Below, piece by piece: positions 9,430 to 17,879 of a stretch of DNA of 32,000 bases (within the stretch, counting starts at the first letter, position 1; the number at the start of each line of letters is the position of its first letter). The DNA is taken from positions 2,211,660 through 2,243,659 of the forward strand of contig NZ_KI911559.1 in assembly GCF_000515255.1 (NCBI RefSeq). Direction: 5' to 3'. The DNA is from Rhodovibrio salinarum DSM 9154 (lineage in GTDB: Bacteria; Pseudomonadota; Alphaproteobacteria; Kiloniellales; Rhodovibrionaceae). The notes under the pieces were generated by a model that was not told where the DNA came from, did not search any database, and saw nothing but the letters and a program-made list of their open reading frames with translations. The position numbers and the translations under genes are program-made.

Positions 9430-10224
9430 ATGGGGCATGCCGAACCCGTATTCTTCCGGGGCTTACAAGACCGCGATGAGAGCGGTTTGCGGCGCCATGC
9501 CGGCGGAACCCATACCAGCCGGACGATTATGGTGCGGGAGCTCAGCCGCGTGCTTGAACTCCCTGCGCCGCCAGAAGACCGGGCAGGCTACGCGCATGCG
9601 ATCGTCGAGGAGAACCTGCTCGGCAAAGAAACGCATGCCACGCGCCGCCTGACCAACACGCGTCTTGGCGAACTCTATCTCCTGAATCCCGAGGTCCCGG
9701 CATTCAGGTTTATGCGCACGCTGGCACACCGGGAGCCTAAGGCAGTTCCGCTCCTTGCGCTTTTGCTTGCCCTGGGTCGTGATCCGCTTCTGCGTGCGAG
9801 CGCTCAGGTGGTGCTATCCCTGGACGAGGGTCAGGAGCTCTCGCGTGCCGCGCTACAGAAGGCCATTAAAGATGGTGCCGAAGACCGTCTGAAGCCTGAG
9901 ATTCAGGAGAAGGTTGCCCGCAACGTCGCGAGTTCCTGGACGCAGTCAGGCCACCTGACCGGCCGGACCTTCAAGACCCGTCGCTTGGTAGAGCCGCAAC
10001 CCGCCGCCGTTGTCATGGCCCTTTGGCTTGCGACTCAGGCGGGGTTCAGTGATACGGAGGCGCTCACCAGCGGTTGGACGATGGCGCTCGATTGCGGCTA
10101 TCGCCGCGCGCTCGACCTGGCGACTGCGGCAAAGCGTCTTCGGCTCCTCGATGTCTACGTCGCAGAGAACGTTGTCAGTCTGGACTTTGGACCACTCGAG
10201 AGACTTTCTGGCGGGCATAAATGA
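9430..10224 (+). CDS. brxA: BREX protein BrxA (DUF1819-like)
   Basis: It is the first gene of the operon and its stop overlaps the brxB start (ATGA). The pattern IVEENLLGKETHATRRLTNTRLGELY followed by a helical C-terminal half resembles DUF1819/BrxA. The identity rests mainly on position plus this loose motif match. Confidence 0.65.
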   Translation: MGHAEPVFFRGLQDRDESGLRRHAGGTHTSRTIMVRELSRVLELPAPPEDRAGYAHAIVEENLLGKETHATRRLTNTRLGELYLLNPEVPAFRFMRTLAHREPKAVPLLALLLALGRDPLLRASAQVVLSLDEGQELSRAALQKAIKDGAEDRLKPEIQEKVARNVASSWTQSGHLTGRTFKTRRLVEPQPAAVVMALWLATQAGFSDTEALTSGWTMALDCGYRRALDLATAAKRLRLLDVYVAENVVSLDFGPLERLSGGHK

Positions 10225-10778
10225 GCCGGTTGGACGACCTCGCAAAGCGCTACCGCCGCAACATCGAGTTGCCGTGGGACCGGTCAATTGCTGGGGCACA
10301 GCGGGTGATCACGTTGGTCTACGATAAAGACCTCGAACGTGCGCTGCGTGGCCGGATGGCGCTGTTCGAGACGGCTACGCAAAGGACTGGCGCACACTGG
10401 GCGCTGATCGATATCTCCGACTGCTTTCCCAGATGGTTGGCGAAAAACCGTTATTGCCAACATTATTTCGAGTATCCAGAAGATCTTGAGATCAAGCTAG
10501 AATCAAGCTTCGCGAAGTTCGTGTCGCAGGAGATCGAGGCGGGTCTGCAGCGCGATGACGTCGACGAGGACACGGTCGTTGGCCTGCTCGGGGTTGGTAC
10601 GCTGTTCGGTTTTGCACGGGTGTCGATCGTTCTGAACAAAGTCGAACCGGCGATCCGCGGCCGTTTGCTGGTCTTCTTCCCGGGGCAGTACGAAGACAAC
10701 ACTTATCGCCTGTTCAATGCTCGAGACGGATGGAATTATTTGGCCACGCCGATAACGCTTGGGGCCGAGGAGTACTAA
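10221..10778 (+). CDS. brxB: BREX protein BrxB (DUF1788-like)
   Basis: A 185-aa protein in the canonical second position, beginning LAKRYRRNIELPWDRSIAGAQRVITLVYDKDLER. It is translationally coupled on both sides, by ATGA at 10221 and TAATG at 10776-10780. Confidence 0.75.
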   Translation: MSRLDDLAKRYRRNIELPWDRSIAGAQRVITLVYDKDLERALRGRMALFETATQRTGAHWALIDISDCFPRWLAKNRYCQHYFEYPEDLEIKLESSFAKFVSQEIEAGLQRDDVDEDTVVGLLGVGTLFGFARVSIVLNKVEPAIRGRLLVFFPGQYEDNTYRLFNARDGWNYLATPITLGAEEY

Positions 10779-13700
10779 TGACGGAACTGAAGGATGTCCT
10801 GGAAAGGGATCCGACCCAGCAGCGTCTGGCCAATAACGGGCAGGCGCGGCTGGTGGCAGAGGAAAGTCATCAGCAAGTTCAACAAGAACTACGGGAAGAG
10901 CTGAAGAGCTTCGTCTGCGAAGGTCAGTACAAAGATGGGATCATCCGAATCCTGCAGAGCGTCGTGAACGGCGGCACGAACTTGCCCTGCGCCTGGGTGT
11001 CCGGGTTTTACGGCAGCGGTAAGTCGCATCTCATGAAGATGCTTTGGCATTTTTGGTTGAACACCGAGTTCGACGATGGTCAGACAGCGCGAGATCTCGT
11101 TCCCGAGCTGCCGGAAGATGTCTCGGTTTTGCTGCGGGAAGTAGATACGCTGGGCAAGAGGACCGGCGGGCTGGTCGCAGCCGCCGGATCGATGCCGAGC
11201 GGCGACACCGAGGCCGTGCGCATTACGGTCCTCTCCATCATCTTCCAGGGAGCCGGCCTCCCGGTGGAATATGCCCAGGGGTCTTTCTATTTGTGGCTCC
11301 ACCGCAAGGGCAAGCTTGAGGCGATCAAGTCTGCGGTCGCGAGCCGCGGTGAGGACTTCGACCAGGAATTGGAGGACCTCTATGCGAGTCCGGTCCTAGC
11401 CGAAGCGATAGCGGAAGAGATGCCGGATGTAGCGGGCAGCGCGCAGGAGGCGCGTAGCCTGATCCGGACCAAGTTCCCTCGGCCAAAAGGCGACATCACG
11501 ACACAGGAGTTCCTTGATCTTAGCCGGGCGGCGCTCAAGTCGGCTGGTCGCGACGGGCAAATCCCGCAGACCCTGGTCGTCCTGGACGAGGTCCAGCAGT
11601 ACATCGGTGAGTCGCAGGATCGCTCCGTCCAGATCAGTGAGGTGGCAGAAGCGCTGTCGAAACAGATGCAGGGCCGGGTCATGCTGGTCGGGGCCGGCCA
11701 GACTGCCCTGAACGCAGCGCCGAACCTGCAACGGCTGATCGCCAGGTTCACCGTGTTGGTCGCGCTGCGCGACGTCGATGTCGAAAAGGTCACCCGGAAG
11801 GTCCTGCTGCGCAAGAAAGCCTCCGCAGTCGGCGAAGTCCGGCAGGTTCTGGACACCTACGCGGCGGAAGTGTCCCGGCAATTGAGCGGAACGAAGATCA
11901 AGGAGCGCGTCGAAGACCGGGAGACGATCGTCGACGACTATCCGGTCTTGCCAGTGCGCCGGCGCTTCTTCGAGGAGTGCTTCAGGCAGTTGGACGAAAC
12001 CGGAACCCGGGCTCAGCTGCGTTCCCAACTGAGCATCCTGCACACGGCTCTCTACAAGCGCGCGGACCGGCAGCTCGGCGTCGTCATTCCAGCCGACGAG
12101 TTGTACGACGCGCTTGCCTCGGTCCTGGTGTCGACCGGCGTCCTTCTCCGCGACATCGACGAGCGGATCAAGAAGGCTCGTCAGGAAGATGGGGAATTAG
12201 CGGGGCGCATCTGTGCCGTGGTGTTCCTAATTAACAGCCTCAGGCGCGACGAGGGTTTGGACATCGGCGTGCGCGCCAACAAGGAGCACATTGCCGATCT
12301 GCTAGTGGATGACCTGAGCGCCGACAACGGCAAGCTGCGCAGCGACGTGGCCGAAACGTTGGAGAAGCTCAAGAATGGCGGCACCTTGATGCCGATGCAG
12401 GACGAGTACCGCCTGCAGACGCGTGAAGGTGCTGAATGGGACCGGGAGTTTCGCCAGCACTCGGGGGCAATCAATAGTGATCCCACCGAGCGCATAGAAG
12501 AGCGCCACCGCCGGATTTACGCGGCCTTCGACCAGCACCTCCGCAAGGTCGAACAGGGTATGCGCCACGGGGCGTCGAAACTCCAGCGCAGACTTGTCTT
12601 GCACACGCGTGAGGAGCCGCCAGAGGAAACGGACGCCATACCCGTCTGGGCGCGCGACGGCTGGAACGTTCAAGAGGCCAAGGTCCGAGACGACGCCCGG
12701 TCGGCAGGGAACGACAGCCCGACGGTGTTCGCGTTTATTCCGCGCCACCACGTGGAGTCACTCAAAGAAGCGATCGCGACGAAGCTTGCCGCGCAGAAGA
12801 CGCTGGATCGCAAGGGGCATCCGACCACGGCGGAGGGTCAGGATGCTCGGAAGAGCATGGAGAGCCGCCGAGACACGGCCGACCGCGAGGCCGGCCGCTT
12901 GATCAGCGAGATCGTCGGCAATACGCAAATCTTCCAAGGCGGCGGCAACGAGATCCACGGGCTCAGCCTGCACGAACAGATCGAACAGGCGGCTGAGGAT
13001 TCGCTGGACCGCAAGTACCCGCGGTTCAAGGAGGCCGACTCCGCGCACTGGGACAAAGCGTTCAAGCGCGCACGCGAGGGCGCCGACAACCCCTTGGAAC
13101 CGGTCGGCCATACGGGCGACGTGGACCGCCATTCGGTTTGCCAGGAGGTGCTGACGACCGTGGGCGCGGGCAAGGCCGGCACCGAGATTAGGAGACAATT
13201 GCAGGCCGAACCGCTGGGCTGGCCACGAGAGGCGATCGACACGGCGCTTCTTGCTCTGCTCCGCCGCGAATTCCTGACCGCTTGGCTAAACCACGAGGTG
13301 GCGACCCCGAATCAGCTGGATCACACCAAGATCGCCAAAGCGGTGTTTTACCGCACCAGCGTCACGCTGGGCATGAAGGACAAGCTCGCCCTAGTGAAGT
13401 TCTTTCAGAGGGTTGGCGTTGAGTGCGACCGCGACACCCTCGTGGCCCACTCCGGGAACTTCCTGGAGGAGGTCCGCCGCCGGGCCAAGGAAGCCGGCGG
13501 CGACCCGCCGCTGCCCAAGCCGCTGGATGCGCGGATCGTCGATGACCTAGAGCGTCTCTCCGGTAACGAGCGACTGGCAGAAATCCTCAACAAGTCGCAA
13601 GAGCTTGGCCAGCTGATCGACCGTGCCGGGACGTTGATAGAGCTCAAGCAGAAGCGTTTGCCGGCCTGGCAAACTCTCGAGCGGTTGATGGCTCATGCCG

Positions 13701-14230
13701 CGGGTCTCGAAACGGCCCAGGAGCCTCTGAGCGAGGCCGCGGCGATTCGCGACAACCGCCTGCTTCTCGAACGCGAAGACTACCTCTCAGGCCCCAAAGC
13801 GAGGCTGGCGGATTGTCTGCGCCAGCGGGTGGACGAACTGTACGGCCGTCACCTCGATACGGTTGAGAGGGCCATCGCAGACCTTGCGGAGCAGCCGCAG
13901 TGGCAACAGCTCACGGCCGAGCAGCAGGACGAGATCCTGCGTACGGTCAGGCTGATCCGCCCGGAAAAGCCGGATGTTGGGTCTGAAGACGCTCTGCTCG
14001 CCAACCTGCCGCGCTATCAAGCCGAAACGGTCGAGGCCGAAATCAGCGCTGTTCCAGAACGCGCCCGAAAGGCGCTGGAGAGCGCTGCGCGGAAGCTCGA
14101 GCCCACTGTGCGGCCCCTCAAGCTGGAGCGAGAGACGCTGCGCACGCAGGAAGAGGTGGACGACTGGGTCGAACGCACGCGCCGGCGCCTGGCGGAGGAA
14201 ATCGCGCAAGGCCCGGTTTTGGTGCAGTAA
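10778..14230 (+). CDS. brxC: BREX P-loop ATPase BrxC/PglY
   Basis: A 1150-aa protein with Walker A in GFYGSGKSHLMKM and a Walker B-like LVVLDEVQQY, followed by a long helical C-terminal region. The start at the ATG at 10778 lies behind GAGGAG. The track ORF from 10730 overlaps brxB. Confidence 0.88.
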   Translation: MTELKDVLERDPTQQRLANNGQARLVAEESHQQVQQELREELKSFVCEGQYKDGIIRILQSVVNGGTNLPCAWVSGFYGSGKSHLMKMLWHFWLNTEFDDGQTARDLVPELPEDVSVLLREVDTLGKRTGGLVAAAGSMPSGDTEAVRITVLSIIFQGAGLPVEYAQGSFYLWLHRKGKLEAIKSAVASRGEDFDQELEDLYASPVLAEAIAEEMPDVAGSAQEARSLIRTKFPRPKGDITTQEFLDLSRAALKSAGRDGQIPQTLVVLDEVQQYIGESQDRSVQISEVAEALSKQMQGRVMLVGAGQTALNAAPNLQRLIARFTVLVALRDVDVEKVTRKVLLRKKASAVGEVRQVLDTYAAEVSRQLSGTKIKERVEDRETIVDDYPVLPVRRRFFEECFRQLDETGTRAQLRSQLSILHTALYKRADRQLGVVIPADELYDALASVLVSTGVLLRDIDERIKKARQEDGELAGRICAVVFLINSLRRDEGLDIGVRANKEHIADLLVDDLSADNGKLRSDVAETLEKLKNGGTLMPMQDEYRLQTREGAEWDREFRQHSGAINSDPTERIEERHRRIYAAFDQHLRKVEQGMRHGASKLQRRLVLHTREEPPEETDAIPVWARDGWNVQEAKVRDDARSAGNDSPTVFAFIPRHHVESLKEAIATKLAAQKTLDRKGHPTTAEGQDARKSMESRRDTADREAGRLISEIVGNTQIFQGGGNEIHGLSLHEQIEQAAEDSLDRKYPRFKEADSAHWDKAFKRAREGADNPLEPVGHTGDVDRHSVCQEVLTTVGAGKAGTEIRRQLQAEPLGWPREAIDTALLALLRREFLTAWLNHEVATPNQLDHTKIAKAVFYRTSVTLGMKDKLALVKFFQRVGVECDRDTLVAHSGNFLEEVRRRAKEAGGDPPLPKPLDARIVDDLERLSGNERLAEILNKSQELGQLIDRAGTLIELKQKRLPAWQTLERLMAHAAGLETAQEPLSEAAAIRDNRLLLEREDYLSGPKARLADCLRQRVDELYGRHLDTVERAIADLAEQPQWQQLTAEQQDEILRTVRLIRPEKPDVGSEDALLANLPRYQAETVEAEISAVPERARKALESAARKLEPTVRPLKLERETLRTQEEVDDWVERTRRRLAEEIAQGPVLVQ

Positions 14231-14293
14231 CCCCCATCCAAGCTCCCGCCCTAGAAGCCGATACCCGATGCGCACGTAAAGGCCGAAACGATC

Positions 14294-17200
14294 ATGCAGA
14301 CGTTGACGAGAGAGCTGCGCCGCACCCTTGAAAACACTGTGCGAGAGGCCCGCGACACGGCGGAGGAGGGGGCCCGGAAAGCGCTCGATCAGCTCGGCGT
14401 GGCGGACAAGGAGGTGCCAGGGCACCTGAACGACGCCCAGCGGAAGCTGCGCAACCGCCTGCGGGCCCACGCCCGGCAGCTTGGCGACCGCCGCCGTCCG
14501 GACCGCAGTCAGGACGTTGGTCGTCTGGTAAGCGAGATCGCCTATGCCCACTGGCACCGGATGCTGTTCGCCCGGTTCCTGGCCGAGGCGGGTCTTCTGA
14601 TCGAGCCCGAGCACGAGCTGCCGCTGTCCTTGGAGGATGTCCGCGAACTGGCGCGCGAGACCGGTGAGGACTGGCTGGACCTCGCCGCGTCCTATGCCGA
14701 GCGGATGCTCCCGCAGATCTTCCGGTCCAACGACCCGGCCCTGGCGGTGACCATGCCGCGCGAGGTGCGCTCGCACCTAGAGGACTTGCTCAAGCAGTTG
14801 CCGGCGACCGTCTTCTGCGCGGATGACAGCCTGGGCTGGGTCTATCAGTTCTGGCAAGCCGACGAGAAGAAGCGGGTGAACGAGAGCCAGGTGAAGATCG
14901 GAGCCGACGAGCTGCCGGCGGTCACCCAGCTATTCACCGAGGACTACATGGTCCTCTTCCTGCTGCACAACACGCTGGGCGCTTGGTGGGCCGGCAAGGT
15001 GCTTGCGGCCGATCCGGAGCTCGCGCGCACGGCCCCGGACGAGGATGCGCTGCGCCAGGCATGTGGGCTGCCGGGGGTTGCGTGGACCTACCTGCGGTTC
15101 GTTCGCGACGAGCCCAATGAAGAGACTGGCGGAGAGGCCGGACCTTGGCGCCCGGCGGCCGGCACCTTCCCGGGCTGGCCGACAGCAGCGAAAGACGTCA
15201 CGCTGCTGGACCCCTGTATGGGCTCGGGCCACTTCCTCGTGTTCGCGCTGCCAATCCTGGTCGCGATGCGGCAGGCGGAAGAGGGGCTGTGTCTTGAGGC
15301 CGCGGTCACGTCGGTCCTGCGAGACAATCTGTTTGGCTTGGAGATCGACCAGCGCTGTACGCAAATCGCTGCGTTCAATCTGGCATTGGCAGCTTGGCGA
15401 ATGATCGAAGAGGTCACTGTTCTGCCGCCGCTCAACCTGGCCTGTTCGGGCTTGTCGATTAGCGTGTCGAAGCAGGAATGGATGAAGTTGGCCGACCGCG
15501 CGGTTCGTCAGGCGGATCCAGCGGCGAAGCAGGACATGTTTGGCAGCGAGCGGACGCTGCTGAACAGCGAGATCGATACGCGCATGCGTTACGGGCTAGA
15601 GCGCATGTATGACACCTTCGCGCAAGCCCCAACGCTTGGAAGTCTGATCGACCCAAGCAAGGTTGGGGAAGACATATTTGCTGCAGATTATGAGTCCTTT
15701 GCGCCTGTGGTGTCGCAAGCATTGGCCGATGGGAGTCACGATGTTGCAGAAATGGCGGTCGCCGCTCACGGATTGGCTAAAGCGGCAGAAATACTGTCGA
15801 AAAAATATGCCATGGTATCAACAAATGTTCCGTTTTTGAATCGCCAGAATCAAGGTAATGATCTTCGCACATTTTCAGAGATACGTTATGATATAGCCAA
15901 AGCGGAGTTGTCTACAACCTTTTATATAAGGGCTTCGGAGCTTACAGAAACGGATGGTGTTGAGGCGATAGTATTGCCGTCTAACTGGATGTACCAACCC
16001 GCTTATAGAAAATTCCGTGAATATGTTCTCGAAAATCATACAATAAAAGCCCTTGCACAATTGGGCTCCGGAGCGTTCGATGGGATCAGTGGAGAAAGGG
16101 TTCAGGCCTCTCTCGTTATCACAAGCATAAACAAGCAAAATCAAAACGGAACGTTTTTGGTATTTGATGCATCAGAAGAAAAGGACTCTTCTGAAAAACG
16201 AACTACATTGCTAAAAGATAATCTGAAGTTTCAGATCCAAAACAAACAAAAAACCAACCCAGATAAACGTATTATTATTTCTCAAATAGATTTTAATGAA
16301 CTATTGTTGGACCATGCGGACAGTTTGACTGGCACACGCACTGGCGATCGGCATCGATTGGTGAGATGTTTTTGGGAGTTGCCACGGAAAAAGACTTCCT
16401 GGGAACCATTTTTCGGTAGTCCAGAGGGGAATAGATATTACTCCGGGCGCGAGTATTTAGTGTATTGGCCCGAGAGCGAAGGCGGTATTCACGAGCTTAA
16501 TGAGAAAGGTATTGCTAGCATTCAGGGAGAAAATGCGTGGGGAAGGTATGGTATTTGCATCCGGCTTATGGGGGATTTGGACGCGACAATTTATACCGGA
16601 GAAATTTTTGATAACAACATTGGGGTTGTCTGGGCGAAAAATAAAGAAGAGCTACCAGCAATTTGGTCATACATTAAATCGGATTCATATACGCAAGCTC
16701 TTCGAAAAATAGACTCCAAGCTTAATCTTACAACATCTACTTTACTGAAGGTTCCTTTTGATTCATCATATTGGCGGGCGGTAGCCGCGGCAAAATATCC
16801 GGATGGTTTGCCGGCGCCGTATTCAGAAGATCCGTCGCAGTGGCTGTTTTGCGGGGATCCGAAGGGGGCGGAAGATCCCTTGCAAGTGGCCGTAGCTCGC
16901 CTTCTCGGTTACCGATGGCCTCGGCAAACAGGCGCCAGCTTTAAGGACTGCCCTGCAATCGATGAGCCGGACGGTCTTGAGAGTCACGCCGATGCAGACG
17001 GGATCGTATGCCTGAATGCCGTTCAGGGAGAGCAGTCTGCTAGCGACCGCCTGCGGAAACTCTTGCGCGATGCTTACGGTGATGCCTGGAGCCCTGGAAG
17101 CCTTGACGAACTGTTAGACACGCATGGGCAGGGCGCGAACGATCTCCATACTTACTTGCGCGACAAGTTCTTCGTCCGGCATCTGAGGTTGTTCCAGCAG

Positions 17201-17812
17201 CGGCCGTTCGTCTGGCACGTCTGGGACGGGCGTAAGGATGGCTTTCATGCGCTTGTGAATTACCACCGGCTCGCAGGTTCGGACGGGCTCGGAGGTCGGA
17301 CACTGGACAAGCTGGTATTCACGTACCTCCGCGAATGGATCGATCGGCAGCAGGGCGAGGTCGACGCTGGCGAGCCGGGCGCAGAAGCGCGCTTCGCTGC
17401 CGCCCGGCACCTGTCCGACGAGCTGAAGAAGATTCGCGACGGCGAGCCTCCGTATGACCTCTTCATCCGCTGGAAGCCGCTCCACCGGCAGCCGATCGGC
17501 TGGGAGCCAGACGTCAACGACGGCGTGCGCTTGAACATCCGGCCATTCATGACCGCGCGTCCCCGGGAGGCAAGTCGCAAAAACGAGTGCATCCTGCGCG
17601 AGCGGCCCAACATCAAGTTAGACAAGGCCGACCGCGGTAAGGAGCCGACACGGCCGCGGGAAGATTGCCCGTGGTTCTACAGCTGGGATGGAGAGACTAT
17701 GGACTTTATGGGCGGTGAAGATTTCGACGGCAAGCGCTGGAACGCCCTGCATTACACGCGCGCAGCCAAACAGGCCGCCCGCGACCGCAAGGCCAACCGG
17801 GCCGCTGAATGA
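14294..17812 (+). CDS. pglX: BREX N6-adenine DNA methyltransferase PglX
   Basis: A 1172-aa protein. The SAM-binding motif I is LLDPCMGSGHFLV. The motif IV variant is STNVPF. The size and the position between brxC and pglZ are canonical for type 1 BREX. Confidence 0.9.
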   Translation: MQTLTRELRRTLENTVREARDTAEEGARKALDQLGVADKEVPGHLNDAQRKLRNRLRAHARQLGDRRRPDRSQDVGRLVSEIAYAHWHRMLFARFLAEAGLLIEPEHELPLSLEDVRELARETGEDWLDLAASYAERMLPQIFRSNDPALAVTMPREVRSHLEDLLKQLPATVFCADDSLGWVYQFWQADEKKRVNESQVKIGADELPAVTQLFTEDYMVLFLLHNTLGAWWAGKVLAADPELARTAPDEDALRQACGLPGVAWTYLRFVRDEPNEETGGEAGPWRPAAGTFPGWPTAAKDVTLLDPCMGSGHFLVFALPILVAMRQAEEGLCLEAAVTSVLRDNLFGLEIDQRCTQIAAFNLALAAWRMIEEVTVLPPLNLACSGLSISVSKQEWMKLADRAVRQADPAAKQDMFGSERTLLNSEIDTRMRYGLERMYDTFAQAPTLGSLIDPSKVGEDIFAADYESFAPVVSQALADGSHDVAEMAVAAHGLAKAAEILSKKYAMVSTNVPFLNRQNQGNDLRTFSEIRYDIAKAELSTTFYIRASELTETDGVEAIVLPSNWMYQPAYRKFREYVLENHTIKALAQLGSGAFDGISGERVQASLVITSINKQNQNGTFLVFDASEEKDSSEKRTTLLKDNLKFQIQNKQKTNPDKRIIISQIDFNELLLDHADSLTGTRTGDRHRLVRCFWELPRKKTSWEPFFGSPEGNRYYSGREYLVYWPESEGGIHELNEKGIASIQGENAWGRYGICIRLMGDLDATIYTGEIFDNNIGVVWAKNKEELPAIWSYIKSDSYTQALRKIDSKLNLTTSTLLKVPFDSSYWRAVAAAKYPDGLPAPYSEDPSQWLFCGDPKGAEDPLQVAVARLLGYRWPRQTGASFKDCPAIDEPDGLESHADADGIVCLNAVQGEQSASDRLRKLLRDAYGDAWSPGSLDELLDTHGQGANDLHTYLRDKFFVRHLRLFQQRPFVWHVWDGRKDGFHALVNYHRLAGSDGLGGRTLDKLVFTYLREWIDRQQGEVDAGEPGAEARFAAARHLSDELKKIRDGEPPYDLFIRWKPLHRQPIGWEPDVNDGVRLNIRPFMTARPREASRKNECILRERPNIKLDKADRGKEPTRPREDCPWFYSWDGETMDFMGGEDFDGKRWNALHYTRAAKQAARDRKANRAAE

Positions 17813-17879
17813 TGGTCGCTGTGATCCGTCTTCAAAAGCACATTTCGAACCTTCGGGCGTCGCGCCTACATGGTGAACG

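Noticed and set aside
13787-14776. 329-aa minus-strand ORF spanning the brxC/pglX junction
   Set aside because: It is antisense to two strongly supported BREX genes, so it is a shadow ORF.
15875-16712. Short ORFs (89 aa minus, 70 aa plus) inside the low-GC block of pglX
   Set aside because: They lie within the continuous pglX frame. They show no RBS or motifs and are chance ORFs.
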